A DNA stretch of 64,000 nt, from positions 7,750,001-7,814,000 of the forward strand of contig NC_134028.1 of the NCBI RefSeq assembly GCF_964204645.1, given 5' to 3'. Within the stretch, counting starts at the first letter, position 1. Every line of letters begins with the position of its first letter. Below, in pieces: positions 62,232 to 64,000 of the stretch. This DNA is from Tubulanus polymorphus (lineage: Eukaryota > Animalia > Nemertea). The notes below the pieces were generated by a model. The model saw nothing but the letters and a program-made list of their open reading frames with translations. It made no database searches and was not told the origin of the DNA. A program made the position numbers and the translations under genes.

Positions 62232-64000
62232 AAGTTCAGTTTATCCAGTAAGGTAACGATTCATACTGCTATTTCTTGTATTAAATGTGAAAGCGGTTTC
62301 AAGTCAATCTAACAGTCTAAGATCGACACACCTGTTGACTTTTGTTAGACACAATCGACAACTGTCAAGTCGTCAGTGCCTGGTGGTAGGGATTTCAGGT
62401 CACGTGATCAAAATGTGTCATAATTAGCGTTTTCCTCGCTTCAAATTTTTATTCACTCACAAAAAACGCATTTTATATCCGATTGAAACCAAACTTGCTC
62501 AGTATGCTCAATTTACCGGTTATTTGTTGTGGTGTAAATTTCATGAGTGTATCTTGCGTAGTTACAGAGAAATAAATCGTAGTTCAGCGCGCATCGCCGG
62601 ATTTCTAGGAAACAAAATGGCGGCCATGTTTGAACATGCATTTTTCAATCACGTGAAAACCACATGCAATTTTTTAGGTCAAATCCGCAAGCCCGCTGTT
62701 GATTGGCTGATTATTTGACCTCGGAACATTTTAAAAACATTTCTCGGCTATAACGTAGTGGTGCGTACTTTTTTGCCCGGCCGTGTATTTGCTATTTTCA
62801 AGCGATGAACGTATTTCAAAGCTTCAATATGCGAAAATTATAATAATTGACAAAAAGTACACCCATACGTTTCAAAATTGAATACTTAATTAATCATTTT
62901 CTTTAATTACTTTTATGATTGATTTAGTAGTCTTTCGCGGATTTTGACCTAAAGTTGGCGAGGTGCTTAAAATTGTTTACATCCGGGTCACTTCCGGCTC
63001 CACACCGGCTGCCAGCTGATCAATTAAAACACTTCCTGGTTCGTTTTTGCTACTCTAAATGGCAATTTAGCAACTAAAACGACAATGTTACTCAATAAAT
63101 TCATTCTTTATTAAGAAATCGGCCAAGTATAAGTAAAATAATGGCTATCGAATGGCAAATTCTTTTGTATTTTCCAACAGAATCCAGGCCTTGTCTTGCT
63201 CAAATTTTTTCCCAAGCAAAAATTTACTTTTCCCAATCTCCTTTGCCTAATAAGTTGAAATATTCATCTTCACAATTAAAGGAAATGCTAGGATAGCTCC
63301 TGAAATGAAATTTACTTATTTGACCTTTTTTGACTCGAGGCCTCGTAGGCCTACCACTGCAATGTAACTGCCGCCAGTTGTGCAGTAGGCCTAAAACACC
63401 CAATCAATGGTTTTCAAGCCAAATGATGTTGGTCACCAAAATCTAACCTCTCATAGGCCTACGTAGGTCTATCCTCTTGATGTTGTGGAATATATTACTC
63501 AAAATCAGAAAAAAACTATATAACTAAGGCCTTGAGATTTTGCGTTTTAGTAAAAAAGACTTTCGGCTCCCGAAACCTCCATCAATAGGCAAACCAATAC
63601 AGCTTTGACTTTGATGACTATGAGGTACTAATGTTTCATGGGTGGCCATACTGATGAGTGAAACATTTTATGTTAGGATTATTTTCACTAATCGGCTAGG
63701 CCCTACGTTGTGAAATGATAGATGTGAACACGGATGTCCTAATGTTCATGATTGTGCATCTTATCTTCTGGGATCAATTTTTACAGACTAATACTTTGTC
63801 TAATACATTCAATTGAGCTAGTTTGTCATCATTCTTATTCAATAGAAGAAACTTCCAGGAAAAAGACCTTTCATTAGATACCAAACATGACATACTTTGT
63901 TGAAATTGGTCACTTCCGATGAAATATCGACATAAAACAAGATGGCCGCCTTCTTGTGAGCCACAATCTGAGATATCATGATATAGATATTTTTTCGAGA

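Noticed and set aside
62370-64000. Possible Tc1-like end (tttttgcccggccgtgta at ~62770-62787) and short ORF 62524-62718
   Set aside because: No matching opposite terminus or transposase motif was found; probably decayed repeats that cannot be delimited by eye.

Overview
Eukaryotic (bilaterian invertebrate, probably spiralian; inferred from gene content and GT-AG intron structure) genomic DNA, not prokaryotic. Bases 1-~39.7 kb (+) are the 3' part of a giant-ankyrin-like gene (Ank2/unc-44 type, inferred from C-terminal motifs; ANK/ZU5/death domains are not in the window). It has three giant exons (>=11.0 kb, 7.8 kb, 7.3 kb), a series of small symmetric phase-1 cassette exons including an 18-nt microexon, and three alternative C-termini, one a 33-nt stop-containing exon ending in the PDZ-ligand-like ETDI. 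On the - strand follow a 3-exon LRAT/PLAAT (NlpC/P60) gene with a glycine-zipper tail (41.7-43.5 kb), a 5'-truncated LINE, a palindromic 142-bp tandem repeat, and two tandem 19-exon astacin metalloprotease paralogues (46.7-54.0 and 55.0-61.5 kb). Their architecture is signal-pro-astacin-EGF-CUB-EGF-TSP1-MAM-3xShKT-F5/8C. Several MITE/foldback elements sit in introns and intergenic DNA. All exon boundaries were read by eye from splice signals and reading frame and need transcript confirmation.
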